35,768 bases of DNA, taken from the UHGV virus genome UHGV-1428581; one strand, written 5' to 3'. The translations under genes and the position numbers were made by a program. Under the pieces are notes generated by a model that made no database searches, had not been told where the DNA came from, and worked only from the letters and a program-made list of their open reading frames with translations. This document shows positions 25,624 to 34,295 of the stretch, one piece after another. How positions within the stretch are numbered: the first letter of the stretch is position 1; each line of letters starts with the position of its first letter. Origin of the DNA: a virus.

Positions 25624-26292
25624 TTATGCCCTCTTGTTCTTCGCTGACTCGATGTAATAACGGGGATCGACGCTATTAAGCGTGAAGTGAACCACCGGCA
25701 TATCGTCGTGACGGGTAATACCCACGTAATTCGACATGAACATGCCGAACACGCGATCGTGAAGTTCTTTAATCGTCACCTGACAATCTGGATAGTGCTT
25801 CTGGATTAATGCCAGGATGCCCTGGTAAGAAAGCGTTTTGCCTTTCATCACGGATACCAGCTGATGCGCGGTGACGCTCCCGGAGTCCTGTTGTGCGTCG
25901 CTGGCCTGCAATGGGCGGATACTCTCCAGCACCAGACGGTGACGGCCAATACTACCGACACGCAGGCCCGTTTTTTTATCGAAATGCTCATTAGAGCCAG
26001 CAGACCAGACGGTAGCGCCTTCACTCAGGCGAACGTTTTTTTCACCTCTGGAATAAATCACGGTGCCGATGTGGGTTTTACGCCTGCGGCCGGAAACCGT
26101 AGGGGCGATAATTTCACGTTTAATCGGTTTTTGCGGGGTGATGCCGGGTACAGGTGCCGGACGTGGCGCCGCAACGAATACGGAACGGCTGCGGGCGCGC
26201 GCGCCGGCGTTCATGCGCCAGAGAATAACGGGGAGCCAGTTGCAGCCATCATCCGGTTTTACTGGTTTTGGGTAATTTAAATTCGTGGTCAT
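25624..26292 (-). CDS. Hypothetical 222-aa protein downstream of dnaB-like gene
   Basis: Uses the GAGGAAAGACCAATG module plus a conserved 40-nt upstream element shared with gene 28729-28950. Confidence 0.55.
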   Translation of the reverse strand: MTTNLNYPKPVKPDDGCNWLPVILWRMNAGARARSRSVFVAAPRPAPVPGITPQKPIKREIIAPTVSGRRRKTHIGTVIYSRGEKNVRLSEGATVWSAGSNEHFDKKTGLRVGSIGRHRLVLESIRPLQASDAQQDSGSVTAHQLVSVMKGKTLSYQGILALIQKHYPDCQVTIKELHDRVFGMFMSNYVGITRHDDMPVVHFTLNSVDPRYYIESAKNKRA

Positions 26293-26330
26293 TGGTCTTT
26301 CCTCGGTTAAATCGCGCTGGTCAGGCGCGG

Positions 26331-27737
26331 TTAAAATGCATCGGTATTGAATTTCTCAGAGTATTTACGGGGTTGTTTCCGGGGTTTCGCGGCCTCCAGT
26401 TGGATACGTGTTTTCTCTTTGCCAACATGCTGATCCATTGACAGAAAGTGTCCGTTTTTAAATTCCTGATAAATAATTGCGCCTGCGGCACTGAAGCGGC
26501 TTTTACCAAGGATAATTTCAGCGACGCCAGCCGCCGGGCTTTCCGGGTTGTAAACCTCATCACGGTACAGAAACATGATGCTGTCGGCGTCCTGCTCAAT
26601 GGAACCGGAATCGCGCAGGTCTGACATGACCGGGCGGCGCTGGGCCGCCGGGCGGGAATCCACGGCACGGGAAAGCTGGCTAAGCGCGAACGTCGGCGTA
26701 TGCAGGCGCATAGCCATAGTTTTTAAGTTTCGGGATATGTGGGCGATCGCGAGGTCGTTACGCTCTGCCTTCGGTTTTTTAATCAGGCCAAGGTAATCGA
26801 CAACGATCATCGCCAGATGCGGATACCGGCGCTTATGCGTTTCGGCAACGGCGCGGATTTGCTCAATCGTCAGATCGGTAGCGTCAACGATCCAGATATC
26901 GCGCCCGTTCATGGTCTCCATGGCCGCTGTAAAGCGCGCCCAGTCCTCGTCCTGCATGTCGAGGGGATTACGCAGGCGTGACACTGACATGTTGCCAGAA
27001 CCCGCCAGAGAGCGTTCTACGATTTGCGCAGCGGCCATTTCCATGCTGAATATCAACGCACCACCGCCGGTGGCGGTAACACCATCGACAATCTTCAGAG
27101 CAAATTCTGTTTTTCCCATGCCCGGGCGCCCGGCGACGACAATTAAATCCTGCAGGTTGATTCCGCCGGTCGCATCGTCCAGTTCCTCGATCCCGGTTTT
27201 CAGGTTGCGGGTGCCCTCTTCGCCGTCCATGCGCTTCTGCATGGTTTCCATGTAAGGCGGTAACAAATCGCTGATATGTACCGGCTGAACGTCGCCAGTG
27301 TCGCCTGTCATGTCCAGCAGCTGCGCCACGGCAGTTTCGACAACCTGATCGCGCTGCTCCTGGTTTATTGCATCACGAATACCATCCGCACCATCCTGCA
27401 GTAATTGCGCGATGGTTCTGCTTCGCCAGGCCTTAACCATTTTTTTGGCGTAGCCTTTGAGATTGACGATCGATGTCGGAAATTTGCAAATATCGGCGAG
27501 ATTAGCCAGCGTCCCCTGTCCGCCAATGGCTTCGCTAATGTACATCATATCAATTAAGCCGCCGCTCAAGGCCTGCGCTTTGATTACACCGTAAATCTGC
27601 CTGTAGTATGCGACGCTGAAAGCCTCGCTCGGAGTGCTGGCAATCACATCAAAGGCGTCCGGCGTGGCGCCGCCGTTCATCAGGCAGCCAAGAACCAAAC
27701 ATTCCAGTTCCTGAGTGGAATACATCATCTGCATCAT
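26331..27737 (-). CDS. dnaB: Replicative DNA helicase, DnaB family
   Basis: 468 aa. Walker A GRPGMGKTEFALKIV. C-terminal RecA-like fold motifs (IVVDYLGLIK). N-terminal DnaB helical domain. Confidence 0.9.
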   Translation of the reverse strand: MMQMMYSTQELECLVLGCLMNGGATPDAFDVIASTPSEAFSVAYYRQIYGVIKAQALSGGLIDMMYISEAIGGQGTLANLADICKFPTSIVNLKGYAKKMVKAWRSRTIAQLLQDGADGIRDAINQEQRDQVVETAVAQLLDMTGDTGDVQPVHISDLLPPYMETMQKRMDGEEGTRNLKTGIEELDDATGGINLQDLIVVAGRPGMGKTEFALKIVDGVTATGGGALIFSMEMAAAQIVERSLAGSGNMSVSRLRNPLDMQDEDWARFTAAMETMNGRDIWIVDATDLTIEQIRAVAETHKRRYPHLAMIVVDYLGLIKKPKAERNDLAIAHISRNLKTMAMRLHTPTFALSQLSRAVDSRPAAQRRPVMSDLRDSGSIEQDADSIMFLYRDEVYNPESPAAGVAEIILGKSRFSAAGAIIYQEFKNGHFLSMDQHVGKEKTRIQLEAAKPRKQPRKYSEKFNTDAF

Positions 27738-28726
27738 AAAGCGCCCTCCCTGGTCTTACGCAATGTCTCTGGCTTCATCAGATAGTCAAAGCTGGCGCGC
27801 CAGCCGCCATTTTCACCAAAGTAAAAATCAGATGCGTCAGCGCGGAATTTTTCGAAATAGCCCAAAAATGCGCCCGTGGTTTTGTTTTTCATGTGGGCGG
27901 CAAGACGGGTGATCATCCGGCGGCGGTCGGTGTCCAGCTCAGCAGTTGGCAGAACGTCAGCAAAAATTTCGTTGTAGCCGTTCATAACGGCTTCCGGATC
28001 AATATCGGTTTCGGTCTCCGCCCATGCTTCAGCGTCAGCGAGATAACCATCAAAGCGGTTTACCCGGCAGATGTTCGCAGGCTTCGGCAGGCTATCGCCA
28101 CGGCGGCGCCATGTGGCCAGAACCCAGCGGATAACTAACTGCAATTCGTCCAGGGTGTACCCTTCCCGGGTGGTGGTCGGCGTCAGCATCATCACAAACG
28201 GTTTCAGGTCACGGCAGCGGGTACCGGTTTGCTCGTTGTAAAATTCCAGCGCTTTTTGTGCATCAGAAAGAATTAACTCAACGCCTTCCCCCTCTAAGGG
28301 GTTAGGGGTATATATATTCTCTGTAGTATTCTCTGTAAGAAAGTTTGCTGGTTTTCCCCTGACTTGTTTGGTGGTTTTCCGCATTCCAGTATGTGGTTTT
28401 TCCGCATTCTTGTTTGCAGCTACAAGTACCTGATATAAAACGTTATTATCTACTTTGTAGAAAAGTCGAGCAGGAACGCCTTTTCTTTTTTCCAGCAGTA
28501 CACCAATTGAGCGGAGTTTCTTACGCGCCCCCTCCTGCTCATAGCGGGAAAGGCCGGTTTCTTCTTCCCATTCTTCCTGAGTTTTATACACCCATCCGTC
28601 ATCGTCGGACCGGTTAGTCCAGTAGGTCATTTGTGACAGAAACAGCGCAGCCGTCACACCAATATCCAGACGAATAAAACTGCGCTGGAAGGCGATCGGC
28701 CTGTCGAGTAATGGCAAAATATTCAT
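27734..28726 (-). CDS. Replication initiator / replisome organiser (lambda O-like N-terminal domain), contains the origin iterons
   Basis: 330 aa. N-terminal conserved pattern IRLDIGVTAALFLSQMTYWTNRSDDDGWVYKTQEEWEEETGLSRYEQEGARKKL. ATGA-coupled to dnaB. Confidence 0.75.
   Translation of the reverse strand: MNILPLLDRPIAFQRSFIRLDIGVTAALFLSQMTYWTNRSDDDGWVYKTQEEWEEETGLSRYEQEGARKKLRSIGVLLEKRKGVPARLFYKVDNNVLYQVLVAANKNAEKPHTGMRKTTKQVRGKPANFLTENTTENIYTPNPLEGEGVELILSDAQKALEFYNEQTGTRCRDLKPFVMMLTPTTTREGYTLDELQLVIRWVLATWRRRGDSLPKPANICRVNRFDGYLADAEAWAETETDIDPEAVMNGYNEIFADVLPTAELDTDRRRMITRLAAHMKNKTTGAFLGYFEKFRADASDFYFGENGGWRASFDYLMKPETLRKTREGAL
28348..28409. repeat. Origin of replication iterons (three about 16-bp direct repeats TGGTTTTCC(C/G)C..) with an adjacent AT-rich stretch, inside the initiator gene
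   Basis: CTGGTTTTCCCCTGAC (28348), GTGGTTTTCCGCATTC (28371), GTGGTTTTTCCGCATTC (28393). Spaced 22-23 bp apart. AT-rich GGGGTATATATATTCTCTGTAGTATTCTCTGTAAG sits just upstream at 28300-28340. Confidence 0.65.
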
Positions 28727-28728
28727 AC

Positions 28729-28950
28729 TCAGATCCCCAGCGAGTCAGCCAGCTGACGGCAGGCGATTTCGTATTCTTTCTGGGTGAGTCCCGCTTCCTG
28801 CAGGTCTGCCTTGCGCAGTTCATAGCGTTCCCAGATTGTCAGCGCAGTAGCGCGACGCTCTTCGAAAATCGATTCGATATCTTCCATCGGGACTTGTACC
28901 CCGTTCCGGCGAAACCCATTCCGCCAGGTGATGCGGTCTTGTGTTCTCAT
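28729..28950 (-). CDS. Hypothetical 73-aa early protein
   Basis: Internal Met start (MRTQDRITW) preceded by the GAGGAAAGACCAATG module. The longer ORF upstream of this Met overlaps the ydaT-like gene. Confidence 0.5.
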   Translation of the reverse strand: MRTQDRITWRNGFRRNGVQVPMEDIESIFEERRATALTIWERYELRKADLQEAGLTQKEYEIACRQLADSLGI

Positions 28951-28970
28951 TGGTCTTTCCTCGGTACAGG

Positions 28971-29417
28971 TTAAACGCTGGTCAGGCGCTGTGTTTCTCG
29001 CATAGCTTGCAAAGCTCTTGCGACTTGCTGCGGCCCATCTCTGGCGTCGAGTAACAACGCGATAATCGCCGCGGCAAACTCGCGAATGGCCACACAAATT
29101 AAATACTGGGTGGACATACCCAAGCGCGCGTAACGTTCTGCCGGCAGCGCCGCTTCCATCGCTTTGACCAGCGCCAGAGTTTTGGCTCTCGCGGCTTTGG
29201 TCTCGCCTCGCAACCAACGAAAAATTTGTTGGCGGTTGTTGTTGATTGCCCGCCAGTCGGCGTTTCCATCTGCATCTTCGATCTGGTGCAGCTTCAGCGA
29301 ACCGGTATTACCACCAAGACGAAACCACATGCGGCTTATCTCGATAGCAACCAGCTCCTGCCCGCTTTCCGCTGCCCAGTTAAAGATCTCTCGTTTAAGT
29401 TCTTCGAGGTATTCCAC
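28971..29417 (-). CDS. YdaT-like protein (Rac prophage ydaT family; CII-like domain)
   Basis: 148 aa. NNNRQQIFRWLRGETKAARAKTL resembles YdaT NNQQNIYHRWLKGETKTQREKIQKL. Follows the cro-like gene as in Rac. Confidence 0.65.
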   Translation of the reverse strand: MEYLEELKREIFNWAAESGQELVAIEISRMWFRLGGNTGSLKLHQIEDADGNADWRAINNNRQQIFRWLRGETKAARAKTLALVKAMEAALPAERYARLGMSTQYLICVAIREFAAAIIALLLDARDGPQQVARALQAMRETQRLTSV

Positions 29418-29479
29418 TTCGAGCGTCTCCTGTCGCTGAAAATTGATTAAGCGTAATCAGATTTCGATAACGCAGATTG

Positions 29480-29713
29480 TTAAGCTGCATTCTGTTCCGG
29501 CAGTCCGTCAGTTGGTTTTCGGTAAATATTGGGGAGTAGATCATGCGGTGTTACTTGATAGCCAGTTGCAGCGGCCCATTTCAATGCAGTTGCAGCACCA
29601 AGTAGGCATTTTCCTGATGCAACGCGACTGACATAGCCCTGCGTCTCGCCAACCACTTGAGCGAAATCCTGCTGGCGAACGCCAGAGGTCTTTAGATAGG
29701 TTTTAAGATCCAT
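29480..29713 (-). CDS. Cro-like HTH regulator (YdaS / DUF1019-type)
   Basis: 77 aa. HTH VRQQDFAQVVGETQGYVSRV. AGGAGG SD. Divergent from the repressor gene. Confidence 0.75.
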   Translation of the reverse strand: MDLKTYLKTSGVRQQDFAQVVGETQGYVSRVASGKCLLGAATALKWAAATGYQVTPHDLLPNIYRKPTDGLPEQNAA

Positions 29714-29812
29714 TTGTCCTCCTAGAATGTATGTGACACATGAATATTAGTATCACGAATATAGAAGTGTCAATAGTTACACGATTGGGAGGAAATTAAT
29801 TTTACGAATAAT
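29714..29812. promoter_or_regulatory. Divergent promoter/operator region between cro-like and repressor genes
   Basis: Leftward candidate promoter TTGACA-N18-TAATAT (minus strand). Weak rightward GTGACA-N18-GAATAT. Repeated lambda-like half-sites GTGACAC, GTATCAC, GTTACAC and inverted GTGTCAA. An 11-bp palindrome ATGTGACACAT. Confidence 0.5.
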
Positions 29813-30277
29813 ATGGGCGCCATGAGAAAGAAAACGCTTGATGCAGCTGAAGCTGATGCAGCCCAAAGGCTGCGTGACATATGGAACGAGAAAAAAGTAA
29901 CTTTACGTCTCACTCAGGAAAAGGCGGCAGACGCTCTCGGCTTTAGCACGCAGGCTACTGTTAGTCAGTATTTGAATGGCAGCATTCCACTAAACACAGA
30001 TGCGACATTAAAATTTTCAGCTCTTCTGGGCGTAAAACCTGAGGACATTAGGCCAGACCTCGCTGAACTAATGAATTATGTCAGGAAATCAGGATCCCAC
30101 GTTCAAGATTATTCAGCTGCTGGCTGGCGACTTCTGAAACCAGAAGAGGCAGAATTAGTAGAACTGTACGAAAGACTTCCTCTGAGCGAAAAAGAAAGGC
30201 ATCTAACTGAATTAAAAGATAAAGTCAGTGGATTCGACCGCCTTTTTGAAGAACTTCTAGCCACAAGAAAACAATAA
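29813..30277 (+). CDS. Prophage repressor, XRE-family HTH, lacking an S24 (LexA-like) autocleavage domain
   Basis: 154 aa. HTH LTQEKAADALGFSTQATVSQYLNG. The C-terminal half is helical and charged with no Ser-Lys dyad or Ala-Gly site. Confidence 0.7.
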   Translation: MGAMRKKTLDAAEADAAQRLRDIWNEKKVTLRLTQEKAADALGFSTQATVSQYLNGSIPLNTDATLKFSALLGVKPEDIRPDLAELMNYVRKSGSHVQDYSAAGWRLLKPEEAELVELYERLPLSEKERHLTELKDKVSGFDRLFEELLATRKQ

Positions 30278-30293
30278 ATTCCCCTCCAAAATA

Positions 30294-30319
30294 ATCCCGC
30301 ATCGTCGGGATTTTTTTTA
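30294..30319 (+). terminator. Rho-independent terminator after the repressor gene
   Basis: ATCCCG-CATCGT-CGGGAT followed by TTTTTTTT. Confidence 0.7.
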
Positions 30320-30372
30320 TCCTTTTTTATCAATGGCATACAAAAAATATTCGCATTACGATTATTTTTATC

Positions 30373-30401
30373 TTGACCATAAATATACGCATAACTAATA
30401 T
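30373..30401 (+). promoter_or_regulatory. Near-consensus sigma70 promoter TTGACC-N17-TAATAT, rightward early promoter candidate (PL analogue)
   Basis: Hexamers at 30373-30378 and 30396-30401 with a 17-nt spacer, in an AT-rich stretch downstream of the repressor terminator. Confidence 0.55.
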
Positions 30402-30549
30402 CTACCACATCAACGACGCACTAACCACGCGGCAGTTGTTCAGAAACAGTTCTGACAGTCCGGAAAGACGGGCACGAATTCTTCGGGTCGCCGACAGTAC
30501 GATGACATGCGGGAAAGACCGCAACGAATACGAATTGCTGTGTGTAGTC

Positions 30550-30577
30550 TTGGCCCGGGCGCCCCGGGCATTTTTTT
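30550..30577 (+). terminator. Rho-independent terminator about 170 nt downstream of the early promoter (attenuator or small-RNA terminator)
   Basis: GCCCGGG-CGC-CCCGGGC followed by ATTTTTTT. Confidence 0.6.
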
Positions 30578-30909
30578 AACACAGTAACGATTTATGCGAC
30601 CCTTCAGTGAAAACTGAAGCCCTCGAAAAGAGGGACCCTGTGAGGAAAGACCAGTGAGCCTGACCAGCTCTGGCGCCGGGAAAGACCGGGAGGAAAGACC
30701 AATGACCAACGGGCATGACCAGCCCTGACAGCCGGGAAAGACCGGCAACCTTTAGATGGCAAAAGGCCCGCACAAGGCGGGCCAGTTACCCCGAACGGTG
30801 ACCAAACCATTCGGACTTATCACAAGCGACCAAGCTTGTGATGAGGAAAGACCAATGCCGACAGAGTCAACACTGATCGGCTCTGAGTATACATCAACAA
30901 GGAGTCGCT

Positions 30910-31233
30910 ATGGAAGCGCTTACCATCCCCGTAACTGTTTACGTTATGGCCACAACGAACCCATATCTACCAACGTCTTATCACTCATTCACCTGTGACA
31001 TGTCACAGCAATACCCTGATCTGTATGTCCTCGTTACTACCAAAACGGTAGAGGTTCCCATTCCGGCTTTAGAGCCAATCGACATTATTGGTATGCAGGT
31101 TAATGCCCTTCGCGCGAAGAAAGAGAAAATCTCTGCCGAAGCAAAGAAGGAGCTGGGTGTTATTGAAGACCAGATTCAGCAGCTGCTGTGCATCGATCAC
31201 TCTCCGATTGAAGAAAGCGACGTACCGTTTTAA
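30910..31233 (+). CDS. Hypothetical 107-aa early protein
   Basis: AAGGAG 6 nt upstream of ATG; first substantial ORF of the rightward operon. Confidence 0.55.
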   Translation: MEALTIPVTVYVMATTNPYLPTSYHSFTCDMSQQYPDLYVLVTTKTVEVPIPALEPIDIIGMQVNALRAKKEKISAEAKKELGVIEDQIQQLLCIDHSPIEESDVPF

Positions 31234-31277
31234 TTAACCGGCGCGTGACCTGCGCCAGAAACCAAGAGGAAAGACCA

Positions 31278-33485
31278 ATGACCATCTACAACGGCTTATT
31301 TGAGCCAAAGAAATCGGCGATTAAAGACTGCGGCGCCGTGCAGCTGGCGATCGCCATCGATGCGCCAAACAAAAAAGTGGCCGAAAGCATTATGACCGGC
31401 AAACTCTGGGAATCATACCCGGCCAATGGTGACAACTATTTCAAACCGAAACTGTGGGAACACATTGAAGGCCAGCCGCTGCCTACCGTTGGCCAGTTCG
31501 ATGAGTCATTCGCCCTGCAGCATACTTTTGACGGTGAAAAATGGATTTCTACTGTGCAGGATAGCGCTTCCGGAAGTAGTGCTGGTTTACCTGCCGACGA
31601 TGAAGTGATCGACCTGATGACCGTTTCCGCAGAGGAACGCTTTGCTGCCGTCCTGCTTTTTAGCACCGCTGCGATTGATGGCCACCTTTATTCTCAGGTT
31701 GTGGATTATCTGGATAACCTGAAAAACCACGATGGCGAATTTGAAGAGGAAGATCGCTTTAACTTTAATGTGCTGTGCGCCCTGCAAAATAACTTCCCGG
31801 TTCAAAGCATGCGTGTGGAAGGTCTGAATAATCTTGTTCAGGGTATTTTCTCCCACTTTGAAAACCAGACGCCTGGCAAAGCGGCTATCTCTCAGTTCGT
31901 TAAACGCTGGCTTGAGAACCCGGGCAAGCGAGACGAACTGGCCCCCGGCGTATATAAAAATACCGCTCTCAGCACCAGCACCGATGATAAAACACCCGTG
32001 GTAATTTCTAAGCGGGGTTATAAACACACATATGCAACGCTGGATCAGGAGATCGCTACCGCCCTTCTCCCGCTGGCGCCTGATGCGCCGGTACTATCCG
32101 GAAACCTTCTGGACGCTAAGAAGATGATTTCCGATGACCGGGAAGACTTTAAACGCTGGTCAGCATCGCTGCACACCACGCCGCAGATACTCAAATACGA
32201 CCGCGCCAGCATCTTCGGCGTGGTACAGAACGTACCGGCGAAAGATACCTACCATTTCCCTGACAGCCTGCGCCGCCACATCGATTCATGGCTGGAGGCA
32301 AACGGCCGCTTTGAAGAAACCGAGAAAGGATCCGTTAAACAACCAGAGGCGACGCAAAATACCGCCTCAAACGTGGGCGAAAAAGCGGAAGTGCCGCCGT
32401 CGGTTGTAACCGATACCCAGGCGAAACAGGCGCGTGAGGCTCTCAATGATATGGGCTATGGGGTATATGCATCTGGCGAGGGGGCTGAGCCGGAAGAGAA
32501 GTTAAGCGTTAAGGCTGAAAAAGTGGCAGGCGAAGCCGCTCGTTTGGCTCGTGATATCAACCTCAAAGATCGCATGCCAGATGCCGGAGATTTGATTCCA
32601 GCAACTCAACCAAATGAAAATATAGCCTCAAAACAAATTGAATCATATCTATCTGAATTGAGTGACGACCAGGCCAAAGCAAACCTTAGTGTCTGGAATC
32701 GAGTCCAGCGCACAGATCCGGCCTTCGTCGAAAAGAACAGTTTCGGCGCAGGGCTTCACTCAATCCGGGCGCAGTACATGCTGATGCGCGCAACGGAAGT
32801 TTTCGGAATGGAAGGAACCGGTTGGGGCGTTGATATCAAAGAAGAGCGCATAGATCGAGGTGTGCCGCTTATGGAGCCAATACAGGACCAATCAGGAAAA
32901 ATAATTGGCCAGAAACCGGTAAGGGACGGGGATGGCTCATTATTCTGTTTATCCGTACATACAATTCGGATTGAACTCTGGTACCTGCGAGACGGAAAGA
33001 AGGGGCGCATTCCGGCCTATGGACATACGGATTACATCACCAAGGGTGGTGATGGTGCATTAAAAATGGAGAAAGAAGCCGCCAAAAAATCACTGACTGA
33101 CGCTACAACCAAAGCACTATCCCACCTCGGATTTGGTGCAGACGTTTACATGAACATGCATAACGACAATGAATACACTTCAAAATTGAATGAGATATTC
33201 GAAATCAAAAAAGCCAGCGAAAACATTGAAGATATAGTGCGACTTCGTCAGGAATTAGACGACGACCTTACCTCCGTTGCTGAAACCCTATCTACTGGCG
33301 TGTCTGTTAACGAAGTTGAAAAGGTGTTTGGCACTATTGCCCGAAAACTCGAAGTGCACCGCAAGGATGCAGAATCAAAAGGTGACACTCAGCGTTCTCG
33401 GTACCTCAGTGGCCGGTTGCGCCGCCTCACTGATATAAAAAATGGACGTATCGCCGAACTGAATAAATCCGAGGAGAAAGCATAA
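31278..33485 (+). CDS. Fusion protein: about 500-aa N-terminal domain of unknown function plus C-terminal Erf/Rad52-family single-strand annealing domain
   Basis: Start at the ATG that follows GAGGAAAGACCA. The C-terminal region (...TDATTKALSHLGFGADVY) resembles the Erf motif (...SSYARKYCLNGLFGIDD). Confidence 0.6.
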   Translation: MTIYNGLFEPKKSAIKDCGAVQLAIAIDAPNKKVAESIMTGKLWESYPANGDNYFKPKLWEHIEGQPLPTVGQFDESFALQHTFDGEKWISTVQDSASGSSAGLPADDEVIDLMTVSAEERFAAVLLFSTAAIDGHLYSQVVDYLDNLKNHDGEFEEEDRFNFNVLCALQNNFPVQSMRVEGLNNLVQGIFSHFENQTPGKAAISQFVKRWLENPGKRDELAPGVYKNTALSTSTDDKTPVVISKRGYKHTYATLDQEIATALLPLAPDAPVLSGNLLDAKKMISDDREDFKRWSASLHTTPQILKYDRASIFGVVQNVPAKDTYHFPDSLRRHIDSWLEANGRFEETEKGSVKQPEATQNTASNVGEKAEVPPSVVTDTQAKQAREALNDMGYGVYASGEGAEPEEKLSVKAEKVAGEAARLARDINLKDRMPDAGDLIPATQPNENIASKQIESYLSELSDDQAKANLSVWNRVQRTDPAFVEKNSFGAGLHSIRAQYMLMRATEVFGMEGTGWGVDIKEERIDRGVPLMEPIQDQSGKIIGQKPVRDGDGSLFCLSVHTIRIELWYLRDGKKGRIPAYGHTDYITKGGDGALKMEKEAAKKSLTDATTKALSHLGFGADVYMNMHNDNEYTSKLNEIFEIKKASENIEDIVRLRQELDDDLTSVAETLSTGVSVNEVEKVFGTIARKLEVHRKDAESKGDTQRSRYLSGRLRRLTDIKNGRIAELNKSEEKA

Positions 33486-34060
33486 TGACTTCCACCACTG
33501 CTATTGCCATCGCTGCCGACTACCAGAGCTTGCTGCAACTGCTGGAAAGCTCTGATGAACTGACTCCGGAAATGATCGCTGATACGTTGGAAGGTCTGGA
33601 AGGTGCGCTGGCCGATAAACTGGATGCGGTCATGGTGATCAAGCGTAACTATCTGGGTAACGCCAACACCTGCGATGATGAAATGAAGCGCCTGGCTGCG
33701 CGCAAGAAATCCTTTGAAAATAAAGATAAGGCCCTGAGTAAGTATATTCTGTTCTGCCTGATGGCGGCCGGGCTAGATAAGCTGAAAACAGCCAAAAACA
33801 CGTTTACTGCCCGTAAAGGTAGCGTCAGCGTCATCATTGATGATGTTGAAAAAATCCCTGACGAAATTGATGGTATTCAATTGGTCGATGTAAAAACAGT
33901 TATTATCCCAGATAAGAAGGCAATCAAGGATATCATCGAATCGGCACAGGCAGCAGCGGCTCAGATTACCGCTGACGGCGGAGAGATACCGGAAGAGCTG
34001 TTAAAACCAGTGCCGGGCGCTCACCTTGAGATTGGCGAACGTTCATTACAGGTGCGCTGA
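33485..34060 (+). CDS. Siphovirus Gp157-family protein (recombination-module associated)
   Basis: 191 aa. N-terminal pattern (AIAADYQSLLQLLES...E....TLEGLEG......DAV..VIKRN) typical of Gp157. ATGA-coupled to the erf-like gene. Confidence 0.55.
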   Translation: MTSTTAIAIAADYQSLLQLLESSDELTPEMIADTLEGLEGALADKLDAVMVIKRNYLGNANTCDDEMKRLAARKKSFENKDKALSKYILFCLMAAGLDKLKTAKNTFTARKGSVSVIIDDVEKIPDEIDGIQLVDVKTVIIPDKKAIKDIIESAQAAAAQITADGGEIPEELLKPVPGAHLEIGERSLQVR

Positions 34061-34061
34061 T

Positions 34062-34247
34062 ATGCTGAAACTCACACTGAAACGAGGCGACGCTCTTCAC
34101 GTCGTGTTTCCGGATGGTACTAACGGGATAATCGAAGCCTGCGCACGTTGCGAACTGGCTATGCATTTCCCGCGTAGTACCAAAATCACCCGCGAAAATG
34201 GCGCGTTCCTGAATAAACCAAACCTGATTAAGCATAATCAGAAATAA
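34062..34247 (+). CDS. Hypothetical 61-aa protein
   Basis: ATG 1 nt after the gp157 stop, with AGGTG upstream. Confidence 0.4.
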   Translation: MLKLTLKRGDALHVVFPDGTNGIIEACARCELAMHFPRSTKITRENGAFLNKPNLIKHNQK

Positions 34248-34295
34248 AAACTAACCATCGCTAGCATAGCTGCCCCTTTGAAAACGGAGAACGCT

